A stretch of 64,000 nt of DNA from a virus (IMGVR_UViG_3300034104_005002:64001-128000); one strand, 5' to 3'. Positions 30,881 through 39,764 are shown, counted from the first letter of the stretch. The notes: generated by a model from the sequence alone, not told the origin. A program made the numbers and translations.

Positions 30881-31431
30881 AAACATATTATCAATTCTTA
30901 GAAGAGGCCACCAAACGAATTAAGGTCTTAAGAACTAAACATTATACTACACCAGAAAATCAAAAAGAAATTTTACAAAAAGGATTTAAAGATTCTCCAT
31001 CTTCTGGGACTTATCATCCTCAGGGGAAGTCTGTTGTTTATACTACACCATCATCAAGAGTTGGTAATGATTACGGAACAAGGCCCGTAAATTTAAGAAT
31101 GGTGAATCCTAAGGTCCATTCTACAAGTTCACCTAAAGAATATAGACAAAATTTAAAGTCCTGGATGAGAGGTGCATCAGATGAAGATGTAGTCACTGAT
31201 AAAAATAGACCACTTGATCCAAGAAAACAGGCAAAATCTGCAATAGATAGAGGCGAAAAAATTGTCAGAGTTCCTGATGCTCATGAAAATCCGATGAGAA
31301 AAGTACCAAAGGGATCATACATTATGGTTAATAAAGACGTTGCAAATAAGTCAATAGATAAAAATCCACCGCCAACAATAAGGTCATCTGATAAACCAAA
31401 AAGAACCAGGATCTCGCCAAAAAGAAAATGA
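30877..31431 (+). CDS. Putative capsid-internal protein, ART-like paralog
   Basis: MKTYYQFLEE N-terminus; KHYTT..I.QKGF..VVYTTPS...DYG. Confidence 0.55.
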   Translation: MKTYYQFLEEATKRIKVLRTKHYTTPENQKEILQKGFKDSPSSGTYHPQGKSVVYTTPSSRVGNDYGTRPVNLRMVNPKVHSTSSPKEYRQNLKSWMRGASDEDVVTDKNRPLDPRKQAKSAIDRGEKIVRVPDAHENPMRKVPKGSYIMVNKDVANKSIDKNPPPTIRSSDKPKRTRISPKRK

Positions 31432-31841
31432 AGACTTATAAAACCTTTCTTTTAGAGGTCAAAAATATTAGAAGAAAGAAAGAAAATCTAAAAGTGGATA
31501 TCGAGGCCGAAAGAGGTGAGTTTGAGCGGTATCCAGATTCTAAGAACCTTATGAAAAGGGCCAGGACATCGCCGGTCAAAAAATTATCCGACCAAGAAGT
31601 ATCCAAATTAACAAATACCGATGCCGCCGATATTAGGCCAGGAGCCCAAGGAAGGAGAAATGTGCGTAGGCTGGCCAAACAATATGGCAGAGACATCAAT
31701 AGGGTTATTCAACAAGTGAAAAGTAAATCCGACGAGCCGTCAATTGCAACAAAAGATGGTGAACTTATTGCCGGAAATACCCGGGCCATGGTAAGAAGAT
31801 CTCTTGGTAGACCAGTCAAAGCCTTGGTTGTTAAAGATTAG
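31428..31841 (+). CDS. Putative capsid-internal protein with ParB/Srx-like motif
   Basis: MKTYKTFLLE N-terminus; P.I..DGELIAGNTR motif. Confidence 0.55.
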   Translation: MKTYKTFLLEVKNIRRKKENLKVDIEAERGEFERYPDSKNLMKRARTSPVKKLSDQEVSKLTNTDAADIRPGAQGRRNVRRLAKQYGRDINRVIQQVKSKSDEPSIATKDGELIAGNTRAMVRRSLGRPVKALVVKD

Positions 31842-32323
31842 TCCCCAACAATCTCTTTATAATAATCGTCTGACCAATAAGAATAATAATCGGTCTTCTT
31901 TAATATTTCCCTAAACTTTCTTAGTTTCTCTTTAGGCTGTCCTAATATTAGATTATACTTTCCATTATTGGTCTGAACTCCGTTAATAAAGGTATCATAA
32001 GAGGCGCAATCCTCGAAGAATAGCCAGTTGTTATATTTTTTATTATAGAAGTCAACCCACCAATTAATGGCCTCTAGATCGGTTTCTTCTACAATATAAA
32101 TTACAACATCAAAATCATTAATCGGATATATTTTATCAATATCAATTTTTAGAATTTCATAATTGGCTTTTTTAGAAAATGGGCATATAGAAAAGCCCCC
32201 GAGTTCTGGACGAATCTTGGAGACGTTTTTTATCCATTCTTTTATGTCAGCCCTTTCCTTGTCCCCTATATTTTTTAGATGCTCCGTTTCTACTTGATGC
32301 GGCGTATTTGGTGTTTCGTCCAT
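31838..32323 (-). CDS. Conserved hypothetical protein (start uncertain)
   Basis: LGGFSICPF motif, KLRKFRE.LKKTDYYSYW; 5' part overlaps a small basic ORF. Confidence 0.65.
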   Translation of the reverse strand: MDETPNTPHQVETEHLKNIGDKERADIKEWIKNVSKIRPELGGFSICPFSKKANYEILKIDIDKIYPINDFDVVIYIVEETDLEAINWWVDFYNKKYNNWLFFEDCASYDTFINGVQTNNGKYNLILGQPKEKLRKFREILKKTDYYSYWSDDYYKEIVGD

Positions 32324-32381
32324 TACCCTGACGGCTTTTTTTCTCGACTGGTTGAATTTCTTGTTTCTTGGTGTTTTTCAT
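32247..32381 (-). CDS. Small basic protein (44 aa)
   Basis: MKNTKKQEIQPVEKKSRQGNGRNTKYAASSRNGASKKYRGQGKG; GGAGG RBS; below the ORF-track cutoff. Confidence 0.75.
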   Translation of the reverse strand: MKNTKKQEIQPVEKKSRQGNGRNTKYAASSRNGASKKYRGQGKG

Positions 32382-32513
32382 TTAGACCTCCTCAATTTCA
32401 ATGTCTTCTTCGTTTACTTTATCGTCCATGGCCAATTCTAAAAGAATTTTAGTGATCTCCTCGTCAGAGATGTTTTTATAGATTGGTCTTCCTTTATATA
32501 GGATGTTTATCAT
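32382..32513 (-). CDS. Small acidic protein (43 aa)
   Basis: MINILYKGRPIYKNISDEEITKILLELAMDDKVNEEDIEIEEV; abuts or overlaps its neighbours. Confidence 0.7.
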   Translation of the reverse strand: MINILYKGRPIYKNISDEEITKILLELAMDDKVNEEDIEIEEV

Positions 32514-33661
32514 AGTTTGGTGATTTTTACAATATTTTTGTGTTTATGTTGCTTTCCTTGAATCATAGACCATAGAGAACCCCTTGAATATCCTCTTTCT
32601 CTGCAAAACATATTCAGATTCACAAAAATTTCTTTTGTTTCATCAACATAGGTTACCTCATATTGTTTCGCAACATAGTACATAGTTTCTGGATCTCCAC
32701 CTTTTGCAGAATTAGCACTTGATGTCATCCATTGAAGATTGGACGGATGATTATTTAATTTATTCCAGTCTATGTGATCAACAGTATCAAATTCATCGGG
32801 GTTTGAATTTTCAACAAGTTGTTTTGCAACGAGTCTGTGAACCTTTTGGATGATCTTCTTCTCACCGGGAAGTTTCATGTTTAATTGATAATATCCAGTC
32901 TTATGAACATGTTGAGATGTTTCTCTAACAAAGTTCTCTGATAGAACCATTTCGTTTTTAACCGGTTTCCATTTACTAAAGATTCTTACTTGTTCTGAGG
33001 GATCATCTTTTTTATAAACAATATAATACCCAGGCCAATCATCTAGTTCAACAGTATCATAACCAGAAAGATCAATTTTTAATTCTTCTTTTTTCCTAGA
33101 ACGGCCCTTTATATTCCTTTCAATTTCATTAAAGGCAATAATTCCATTATATTCTAGAATTTCTCCTTTACGAAGTTTATATATGGACTCCTCTGAAAGG
33201 TTGTTCTTTTCTAGAAACTCAAGAAATCCTGTTACAATTTCTTTACGTCCATCTAGGTAAACGACTTCAAATTGTTTCGTTTTTCCCTTGGCCCGATTAA
33301 TGTTTACGGCAAAGAGTTTATAGTCATTGTCTGAAACCCATTTTAGGTTCGTTGGATGGCAATTATAAATGTTGTTGTCTTTATGAATGACTCTATTATA
33401 ATTTCTTGGATTATCAATCAGGTAGGATGCAACAAGAGTATCTAAGTAGACTCTCACCTTTTTACCCATGGTTGCGATAGTGACGTATAGTCGGTCCCTA
33501 TCGTCTGCGGATTTTAAGGGTCTTGAGTACGTTAAATCGATGACCGCAGGAGTCTGTCCGGTCTTTCTCCAGTTACTATGAATTGTTACAGGAACAGATG
33601 GATCATTCTCGTCATATGAGAAGTAGTAGCCATCGTGTTCTTTTATGCGAATTTTGTTCAT
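32510..33661 (-). CDS. HNH homing endonuclease with internal tandem duplication
   Basis: Two similar halves: LVASYLIDNP..VIHKDNN..N.HPTNLKW and VHRLVAKQLV..VDHIDWNKLNNHPSNLQW; start placed at MNKIRI, downstream of the promoter. Confidence 0.85.
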   Translation of the reverse strand: MNKIRIKEHDGYYFSYDENDPSVPVTIHSNWRKTGQTPAVIDLTYSRPLKSADDRDRLYVTIATMGKKVRVYLDTLVASYLIDNPRNYNRVIHKDNNIYNCHPTNLKWVSDNDYKLFAVNINRAKGKTKQFEVVYLDGRKEIVTGFLEFLEKNNLSEESIYKLRKGEILEYNGIIAFNEIERNIKGRSRKKEELKIDLSGYDTVELDDWPGYYIVYKKDDPSEQVRIFSKWKPVKNEMVLSENFVRETSQHVHKTGYYQLNMKLPGEKKIIQKVHRLVAKQLVENSNPDEFDTVDHIDWNKLNNHPSNLQWMTSSANSAKGGDPETMYYVAKQYEVTYVDETKEIFVNLNMFCRERGYSRGSLWSMIQGKQHKHKNIVKITKL

Positions 33662-33713
33662 GTCTATATAATATGGATTTACAAATCTCCTTCTTGCGGA
33701 AAGAGACCTGGAC

Positions 33714-33742
33714 ATTATAGCCCAGGTCTCTAGATTTGTCAA
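33714..33742 (-). promoter_or_regulatory. Consensus sigma70 promoter of the HNH gene
   Basis: TTGACA-17 nt-TATAAT on the minus strand. Confidence 0.85.
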
Positions 33743-33821
33743 GTGTTTGTTGGATTTTTATGGGGAGTATTCGGTACTCTGATTGGTTTTATAAGTTAGA
33801 AATTTACTAAATAGTTAGAGG

Positions 33822-34814
33822 TTAGAGCACACGGATTTTTTCGTGTCCTACTCTGATTCTTGGATCAACTAGAATATCGATACCCAATTTTTTTGCATCC
33901 AGGTTCATTGACACATCTTCGCCGCAATAGTCTTGTACGCCATTCTCAAACTTCTGAAGTTTTGGACCCCACCAAGGATATTCCATATTCTCAAAAACAC
34001 CCTTGGATACCATCATCCAACCACCACCGACATAATCAACAGAAAAAGGCTTCTTTCTCTTAGAAATACTTTCGGCGGTCTCATGATTCATAATACCCCC
34101 ATTCTTCATAAAATCATCGGCCTCTAGCCAATGAGCAACAGAAGTAGTAAAACCGTTCTCGGTCATATAATAACCACTGACAATTGGATTGACATTCACC
34201 ATAAGACGCCGAACCCGCTCTTTTCGTACATTAAAATCTGACTTGTGCATAGATTCAAGTTCCTCATCAGAAACTTCCCATAGAGGATATTCTTCCTTAT
34301 CAAATTCTTTTTCAGAAGGAACGTCCTTTACTGCAAGATCACACAATTGCCAGAATTTTTCAGAATTAAAAACAATGTCATTATCGATCCATAATTGCCA
34401 ATCATATTCTAGTTTTCCTTGCCAGGGTTCTTGCCAGGGACCACTTGTGACATTCGCGCCAAGAACCTTACATCTTGCAAAGTTCACCATAGAAGAATAA
34501 TCCTGAGAAATTTGAATTCCCATTCCATTGTTCACTAGATCAAAACATAGTTGAACAAAACTTTTTAGAAATGCATAAGAACAAGATCTTCCAGGAAGAC
34601 AGAAAACGATTTTCTTACCCCTCATCTTGGCTTTTACTTTATTATAATATTCATTAAGTTGTTGCTGGTATTGTTGTAGTTCTGGTAAGAACGACTCTTG
34701 TTTAGACGAATTTTTTTGAATTTCTTCAGAAAGTCTTTTGATATGATTTTCTAGATCCTGAAAATCAAGATTATCTGATGTATTTTTTGATTTAACTGTG
34801 AAACCTCGTGGCAT
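33822..34814 (-). CDS. Glycosyltransferase family 2-like protein
   Basis: IVFCLPG, VNFARCK, LWIDNDIVF (DxD), VGGGWMMV, GEDVS, DPRIRVGHEK. Confidence 0.75.
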   Translation of the reverse strand: MPRGFTVKSKNTSDNLDFQDLENHIKRLSEEIQKNSSKQESFLPELQQYQQQLNEYYNKVKAKMRGKKIVFCLPGRSCSYAFLKSFVQLCFDLVNNGMGIQISQDYSSMVNFARCKVLGANVTSGPWQEPWQGKLEYDWQLWIDNDIVFNSEKFWQLCDLAVKDVPSEKEFDKEEYPLWEVSDEELESMHKSDFNVRKERVRRLMVNVNPIVSGYYMTENGFTTSVAHWLEADDFMKNGGIMNHETAESISKRKKPFSVDYVGGGWMMVSKGVFENMEYPWWGPKLQKFENGVQDYCGEDVSMNLDAKKLGIDILVDPRIRVGHEKIRVL

Positions 34815-34867
34815 TTTAATATTCTCCTAATAATTAAGTTAAATTCGCGTCATTTTTATGAGCCGAC

Positions 34868-34874
34868 TATTTAT
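34868..34874 (-). promoter_or_regulatory. T4-type late promoter (ATAAATA)
   Basis: TAAATA box upstream of the GT-like gene. Confidence 0.6.
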
Positions 34875-35151
34875 GACGATTTTTACCCGGCGGAAATTTT
34901 TTGGTTTATGGGAAACAAAAAGTGAATTTTGATTTGACCTTTTTATGTAATTTTACCCGGCCGGGATTTTTTTATAAGACGTAAATTGGTTCGGGTTTTT
35001 GGTGGAAAATGGGGGTTTTATGTAATTATGGGATAATGGGGGTGGATTTGGGGTTTTATTTTAAAAGGCTTTGATTTTTATGGTTAGGCCCAGGCCGCGA
35101 TCATAACACACCCCGCCCATACTGTCAACTGCTCGTAATAAACTGTAATAA

Positions 35152-35190
35152 TATCACGAACCCACGAAGATTAGGGGTGAGTTCGTGATA
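35152..35190. terminator. Hairpin terminating the leftmost early gene
   Basis: TATCACGAAC...GTTCGTGATA inverted repeat just downstream of the 35200 stop. Confidence 0.6.
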
Positions 35191-35199
35191 CTAACTGTG

Positions 35200-35433
35200 T
35201 CAGACTCGATGACGCAAACCAGCAGGCAATTGTCGGTTCCTACGTGTTAGCTCCATCCCATAAGTACAGGCCTGGTCGATGTAGTAACCTTCCCTTACAT
35301 TATTCCAGCCCTTCATATTGCGGGCCGCAGATTGACAGTCTTTGATAACATGAACCAGACTGTAACAATCTAACACTTTAGCATGATCTTCCCACCGTTG
35401 GAAGTCTGCTGGAGTGGCGTATTCTGTGGCCAT
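35200..35433 (-). CDS. Hypothetical early protein
   Basis: ORF, ATG start MATEYAT. Confidence 0.7.
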   Translation of the reverse strand: MATEYATPADFQRWEDHAKVLDCYSLVHVIKDCQSAARNMKGWNNVREGYYIDQACTYGMELTRRNRQLPAGLRHRV

Positions 35434-35504
35434 TGTTAACACTGGGAGATAGGAGGTTTGAGAGAATTAGGGGAGAGACTGTGCCCTCCCCTGATGTACC
35501 TAAC

Positions 35505-35912
35505 TCAGATAATTTCGCTCACGATCTCATCACCGCCAAGCGTACATGGCTCGCCATCGATATAATCAACCGGCTGAAATGATGGGCATACGCTCCATGT
35601 TTCCGTCTCAATAAAGTGGTTCAGAGCAAATTGGGCAAACAATTTTGCGCCACTGTTTTTATAAAACTGCCCCATGCAATAATGCAACTTATTGGTATCA
35701 ATCCGGTTAGGATAAACCATAACAACCTCACAGAAAAGCAAGCCCTGTTGCCTACCCTCACCGATGCGGAATGATACCTCAAACTTGTATCCACCAACAG
35801 CGTAGAAGTGTACACAATCGGTGTAGATTCCACCGATGTCATCATCAGCAGGCGGCCACGTAGAGTAGGCTTCCCAGTTGAGAGTGTAACGGTTGAGAGT
35901 GGCGGTTGTCAT
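35505..35912 (-). CDS. Hypothetical early protein
   Basis: ORF, ATG start MTTATL downstream of a -10-like box. Confidence 0.7.
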   Translation of the reverse strand: MTTATLNRYTLNWEAYSTWPPADDDIGGIYTDCVHFYAVGGYKFEVSFRIGEGRQQGLLFCEVVMVYPNRIDTNKLHYCMGQFYKNSGAKLFAQFALNHFIETETWSVCPSFQPVDYIDGEPCTLGGDEIVSEII

Positions 35913-36089
35913 CGGATCGGCTCCGGTTGTTTGACCCTTTAATAATCCCACGTTTCGGCTCGCCGTTCTGTATCAACCGCTACCGTTTCCATGATTCGAC
36001 TGATAAGATACGCTGATGGCCGTTTGGTATCACCCGATACAGTGGCCTGGCCTGATCTGTCCTAGTATTGTTTCAACAAAATAAAAAGA

Positions 36090-36131
36090 GCGGGGGCGCC
36101 GCAATGATATAAAACAAGACACTTAATCTGC
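36090..36131 (+). repeat. Intergenic element copy R1
   Basis: GCGG-gggcg-CCGC then AATGATATAAAACAAGACACTTAATCTGC. Confidence 0.8.
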
Positions 36132-36208
36132 CATAAAATAATAAAGTATAAAGAACAAATAAAGACCCCAGAGTATAAAGAACTCTAGGGCCACTGATTG
36201 TTATTAAC

Positions 36209-36610
36209 TCATGCGGGCAAACTATAAGCAATCATCTCATTTGTGCCCTTGGGCTGTAAACGAATCACCCCATCTTTGACAGTTCGATTACATTTAACAT
36301 TGGTAAGTTGAGTCAGTTCCCGCACTTTACGGGCAATACTCTGGTGGTTTTTAGTAGTCGTAGTGAACGAATATCCCCACACGGGCTGTAGTCCGGCTGG
36401 GGTAATCTCGGCCACGTCTATTTTAATGCGGAACATTTCACCTTTGGCAATGAGAACATTCTCATAATACTCGGTAAATTGTAGCCGCTCGCTGCCATCC
36501 TTGCGGGTTCCAATATAACCAGCAGAGCGAACAATGATAGCATTGCTGACACCAGCAGCACGGCAGGCCTCACGGTGGGCCAGGAGAGCGGTTCCGGTGA
36601 GTTTGATCAT
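36209..36610 (-). CDS. cyAbrB-like N-terminal domain protein
   Basis: LTG.ALL...VR.AGY...KDGSERL.FT.YYE..L.AKG matches the cyanobacterial AbrB-like N-terminal domain; C-terminus is different. Confidence 0.7.
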   Translation of the reverse strand: MIKLTGTALLAHREACRAAGVSNAIIVRSAGYIGTRKDGSERLQFTEYYENVLIAKGEMFRIKIDVAEITPAGLQPVWGYSFTTTTKNHQSIARKVRELTQLTNVKCNRTVKDGVIRLQPKGTNEMIAYSLPA

Positions 36611-36721
36611 GGGTTGTTCCCTTGACTGCTCCCATAGTGTAGCAGCTCTAGAGGCTAGTGGCGAGGTTTTAACGATTAGCGGTGCTTATGGGTCTGATAA
36701 AATATGTTTATGAATAAAACC

Positions 36722-36869
36722 TTGACTTTATGGGTCACTGCTGCTATACTATAAACAACAAAAGAAAACAAAACGCAAAAGCGTGATAATATAAAACGGG
36801 ACACTTATCCTGCACTTTTTTATTATTATAAAAAACAAAAAAAAACCTGGAAGTATAAAACCTCCAGGT
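36722..36869 (+). ncRNA. Element R2: promoter, hairpin core, terminator-like hairpin (candidate sRNA)
   Basis: TTGACT-17-TATACT, ACGC-aaaa-GCGT, ATAAAACGGGACACTTATCCTGC, ACCTGGA..TCCAGGT. Confidence 0.55.
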
Positions 36870-36881
36870 GGTTGATTATAA

Positions 36882-37199
36882 TCAGCAGGTTGGATGTTTC
36901 TTATTCTCCCACCGATCATAATGCGCGTCGATTACTTCCTGCAACGGTTCGTAATCAGTATAATCGGCGGCGATTACACCGGGTTCATTACCCAGAACCA
37001 GGAAGATTGCCACCTTTTTATTGTTATGTTGAAGCCGCAATGTGGATTCGTCTGTAGCCACAGTTTCCTCCAAGAACTCAGTCTTGGATACATCCGAATA
37101 TCGAATATTTTCCTCTCCATTGTTTACACTCAAAGGTGTAAATCCGGCCCGTTTGAGGGACTTAAGCAGGGAGCGGACTTCAGGGTGGTAGTCGTTCAT
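36882..37199 (-). CDS. Hypothetical early protein
   Basis: 105-aa acidic ORF with upstream -10 box. Confidence 0.75.
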   Translation of the reverse strand: MNDYHPEVRSLLKSLKRAGFTPLSVNNGEENIRYSDVSKTEFLEETVATDESTLRLQHNNKKVAIFLVLGNEPGVIAADYTDYEPLQEVIDAHYDRWENKKHPTC

Positions 37200-37289
37200 G
37201 GGGTGAATCCCTTTGACCCTTTAAGTATTGCAGACCCAGGCCGATCCGTCAAGACCCCAAACGATCAGAAATGCTTATGGGTCCAGGGC

Positions 37290-37445
37290 TTGACAATACT
37301 GGAAAAGTGTTTTATACTATAAACAACAAAAGAAAACAAGCGGAGGACCGCAATAACATAAAACGAGACACTTATCCTTCTTTTTTATACTATTTTTTAT
37401 ACTAAACAAAAGTGACCCGTAAGTATAAAGAACTCGCGGGTCACT
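37290..37445 (+). ncRNA. Element R3 (candidate sRNA)
   Basis: TTGACA-17-TATACT, GCGG-agga-CCGC, ATAAAACGAGACACTTATCCT, AGTGACCCG..CGGGTCACT. Confidence 0.55.
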
Positions 37446-37450
37446 GTTTT

Positions 37451-37630
37451 TTATACTACTTCAGTTAGTATAATTTCCTTTGCGTACCAAAGTTGAACCA
37501 ATGCATCATCCAATTCTTTAATCTTAGAATCAAAAGTAGCATCTTTAGTGATAGACGCGCACCGGATCAATTCTCTACGGCGATCAAGTAAAGCCATGCG
37601 AATACAATAACCGCTAAGTGTGACAGACAT
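37451..37630 (-). CDS. Hypothetical protein (59 aa)
   Basis: MSVTLSGYCIRMALLDRRRELI...; manual translation. Confidence 0.6.
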   Translation of the reverse strand: MSVTLSGYCIRMALLDRRRELIRCASITKDATFDSKIKELDDALVQLWYAKEIILTEVV

Positions 37631-37664
37631 AACTATAAAGAATGAAGGAAAGTTGGTAAATTAA

Positions 37665-37864
37665 CTAGATCAAGGTGAGAAATTCTTTTTCGTCATATCC
37701 CCCAGAATCCATAGCGTCTTCCAGTTCTGTAACTAGCCCGTCAAAATCTTCACTAGGGGCAAGATGTTGGTCAGAACATCAACTAGGCTACCATATTCTT
37801 CGCGCAAATTATCAAGATACTCCCCACGATTAGCAAAACCGTTGTTCTGATAGGGGCAAGACAT
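37665..37864 (-). pseudogene. Frameshifted small acidic phage protein
   Basis: MSCPYQNNGFANRGEYLDNLREEYG..ILP continues as SEDFDGLVTELED in another frame; 200 nt, one base short, at a C4 run near 37756. Confidence 0.6.
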
Positions 37865-37962
37865 GAGAGGCGTTCCCTTGGTTGACTAGTCAACTGTAAC
37901 CCATAAAAACCAGACGATCACCGTACCTTGTGCCACTTAAACAACTGGCACAATTAAAATAA

Positions 37963-38346
37963 TTATCCTTGGAAGTTAGGAACACTAAAACCAAACTCAA
38001 ACTTGAAAACTATAATGTTAAGAACATCGAAAATCTCTCTTAGTTTTTCCTTGGCCAATGGGTGCTCTAAAGCATATTTTTCACAAGGATAAAGATCATC
38101 TTCGTCTAGCTCTAAAAGATCCTCATTAACATCTGGAATCTCGTCAGACTCATGGAAACTCAGATCATATTTCTCATTACAAAAGAATATCTTACCCATA
38201 CCTACCACAAAAGTTAGATCATTCTCTTTACAGAATGGAACAACAGTTGATTCAAAGTATTGTTCTGCAATTGCATCAATTTCCTTATAAGCCCTATTTT
38301 CAATCTCCTCAAGTTGTTTGGCTATTTTGTCAGAGATAGTGGCCAT
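37963..38346 (-). CDS. Hypothetical acidic early protein
   Basis: 127-aa ORF behind an early promoter. Confidence 0.75.
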   Translation of the reverse strand: MATISDKIAKQLEEIENRAYKEIDAIAEQYFESTVVPFCKENDLTFVVGMGKIFFCNEKYDLSFHESDEIPDVNEDLLELDEDDLYPCEKYALEHPLAKEKLREIFDVLNIIVFKFEFGFSVPNFQG

Positions 38347-38462
38347 TGGAGAATTGTCTGGTTGACTGGATTAGTATAAGGGAGATAATGGGTTGGTGGT
38401 CAGGGCCTTGTGACACTTATGGAACTGGCACACCATCAGTCACGATTAAGGTTTTTATGGAT

Positions 38463-38586
38463 TATACTATAAACAACAAAAGAAAACAAGCGGAGGACCG
38501 CAATAACATAAAACGAGACACTTATCCTGCACTTTTTTATTATTATAAAAAACAACAAAAAAGAGTCAGAATTAACTAACTCTTTT
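38463..38586 (+). ncRNA. Element R4 (candidate sRNA)
   Basis: About 66 nt identical to R3 from TATACT through CTTATCCT; downstream hairpin. Confidence 0.55.
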
Positions 38587-38596
38587 ATACGAATTA

Positions 38597-38848
38597 TCAA
38601 TAATTCAATACCTCATTAGCATTATCTTCGGCCTCTTCAGTTGTAACAAATGGGCCAAAAAACTCAGAATTAGGAATACAACCAGGAGAACAAACTGCCC
38701 AATAGTAACCTGGTTCATACAAATTATCACCAGAAGTTTCACGCAATCCTTCGGCTTCATTATGTTGATCACAATCGGATTGTGAAAACCAAGTGATCCA
38801 AACCGGGGTGGACCCTTCGTTATCAGTGTGTTGGATGGTGGTTTGCAT
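38597..38848 (-). CDS. Hypothetical early protein
   Basis: GYYW..C.PGC.P.S...GPF.T.EEA motif. Confidence 0.75.
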   Translation of the reverse strand: MQTTIQHTDNEGSTPVWITWFSQSDCDQHNEAEGLRETSGDNLYEPGYYWAVCSPGCIPNSEFFGPFVTTEEAEDNANEVLNY

Positions 38849-38934
38849 GGTCGTGTCCGGTTGACTTGCTTAGTATAGGGTGAGAAGGGGACCATAAACA
38901 GTCCCCTTGTGCCAGTTGTTGAACTGTCTATTGT

Positions 38935-39603
38935 TTAATAATCCCAGCCGTTTTCGTCTTTTATGTATACATTACATGACGAAAAATCGACACATAAAGT
39001 AGCAGTTTGTCCCTCAATTGCATCACTAAGGAAATTATCCGCTGCCTTACGAATAGATGTAAACAAATGATCATAAGAATACATATTAGAAAATCTTTTC
39101 TTAAACATCTGATAACCCTTACAGATCCATCCAACGATGGAATCAATATCATAATCGGCCAATTCTTCTTCACCATATTCACCATCAGACCATTCATCCA
39201 GGGCCTCAATTATACCTTCTCTTACGTTTTTCCTGAGTTTATCCATAATCCACTGATCCTGCAGATACGAATTACACTTATCAATTTTTGTAAAATCATA
39301 ATCATCACCATTTAATGAGGCAGTGAGTAGAGACTGAATATCACTACTTACATCATCAATCGAGGCTGATCTATAACCTCTAGAATTATATCCACACGCA
39401 ACTCTCCCGGCAATATAACCGCCAATCGCCATAAGCTCATCAGTATAACCACAAGAGTGTGGCTTTACAGTATGTTCTAGAATGTCATGGGCAACAACTA
39501 GCCCATCCAATCCTGGCTCAAAATAATTACGACCAGTATCTACAACTATACCTAGTCCACCGTATTCTTCATGCTCTTTAATAACCAGAGAATACTTTTT
39601 CAT
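38935..39603 (-). CDS. Hypothetical acidic protein (possible metal-binding HDILEH motif)
   Basis: ORF, start MKKYSL; AHDILEH..DELMAIGG. Confidence 0.75.
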   Translation of the reverse strand: MKKYSLVIKEHEEYGGLGIVVDTGRNYFEPGLDGLVVAHDILEHTVKPHSCGYTDELMAIGGYIAGRVACGYNSRGYRSASIDDVSSDIQSLLTASLNGDDYDFTKIDKCNSYLQDQWIMDKLRKNVREGIIEALDEWSDGEYGEEELADYDIDSIVGWICKGYQMFKKRFSNMYSYDHLFTSIRKAADNFLSDAIEGQTATLCVDFSSCNVYIKDENGWDY

Positions 39604-39764
39604 GGGAGGAATCCCAGCGACTTCTAAAGAATAAACCACCACCACCGATAAGTCAAGACCTTTACTGATAAGATTATCTGATTGGACCCATAAGCAGGAA
39701 TGATCACCAGAGGCCCCCAGGAGCCCGCCAGAGGCGTTATAATGGTCTTAAGACAACCACACAA

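Noticed and set aside
33807-33813. Plus-strand CTAAATA facing the 3' end of the GT-like gene
   Set aside because: No downstream plus-strand gene; may be chance in AT-rich DNA.
38346-38579. 77-aa plus-strand ORF
   Set aside because: Reads through promoter and repeat R4; not conserved in other copies.
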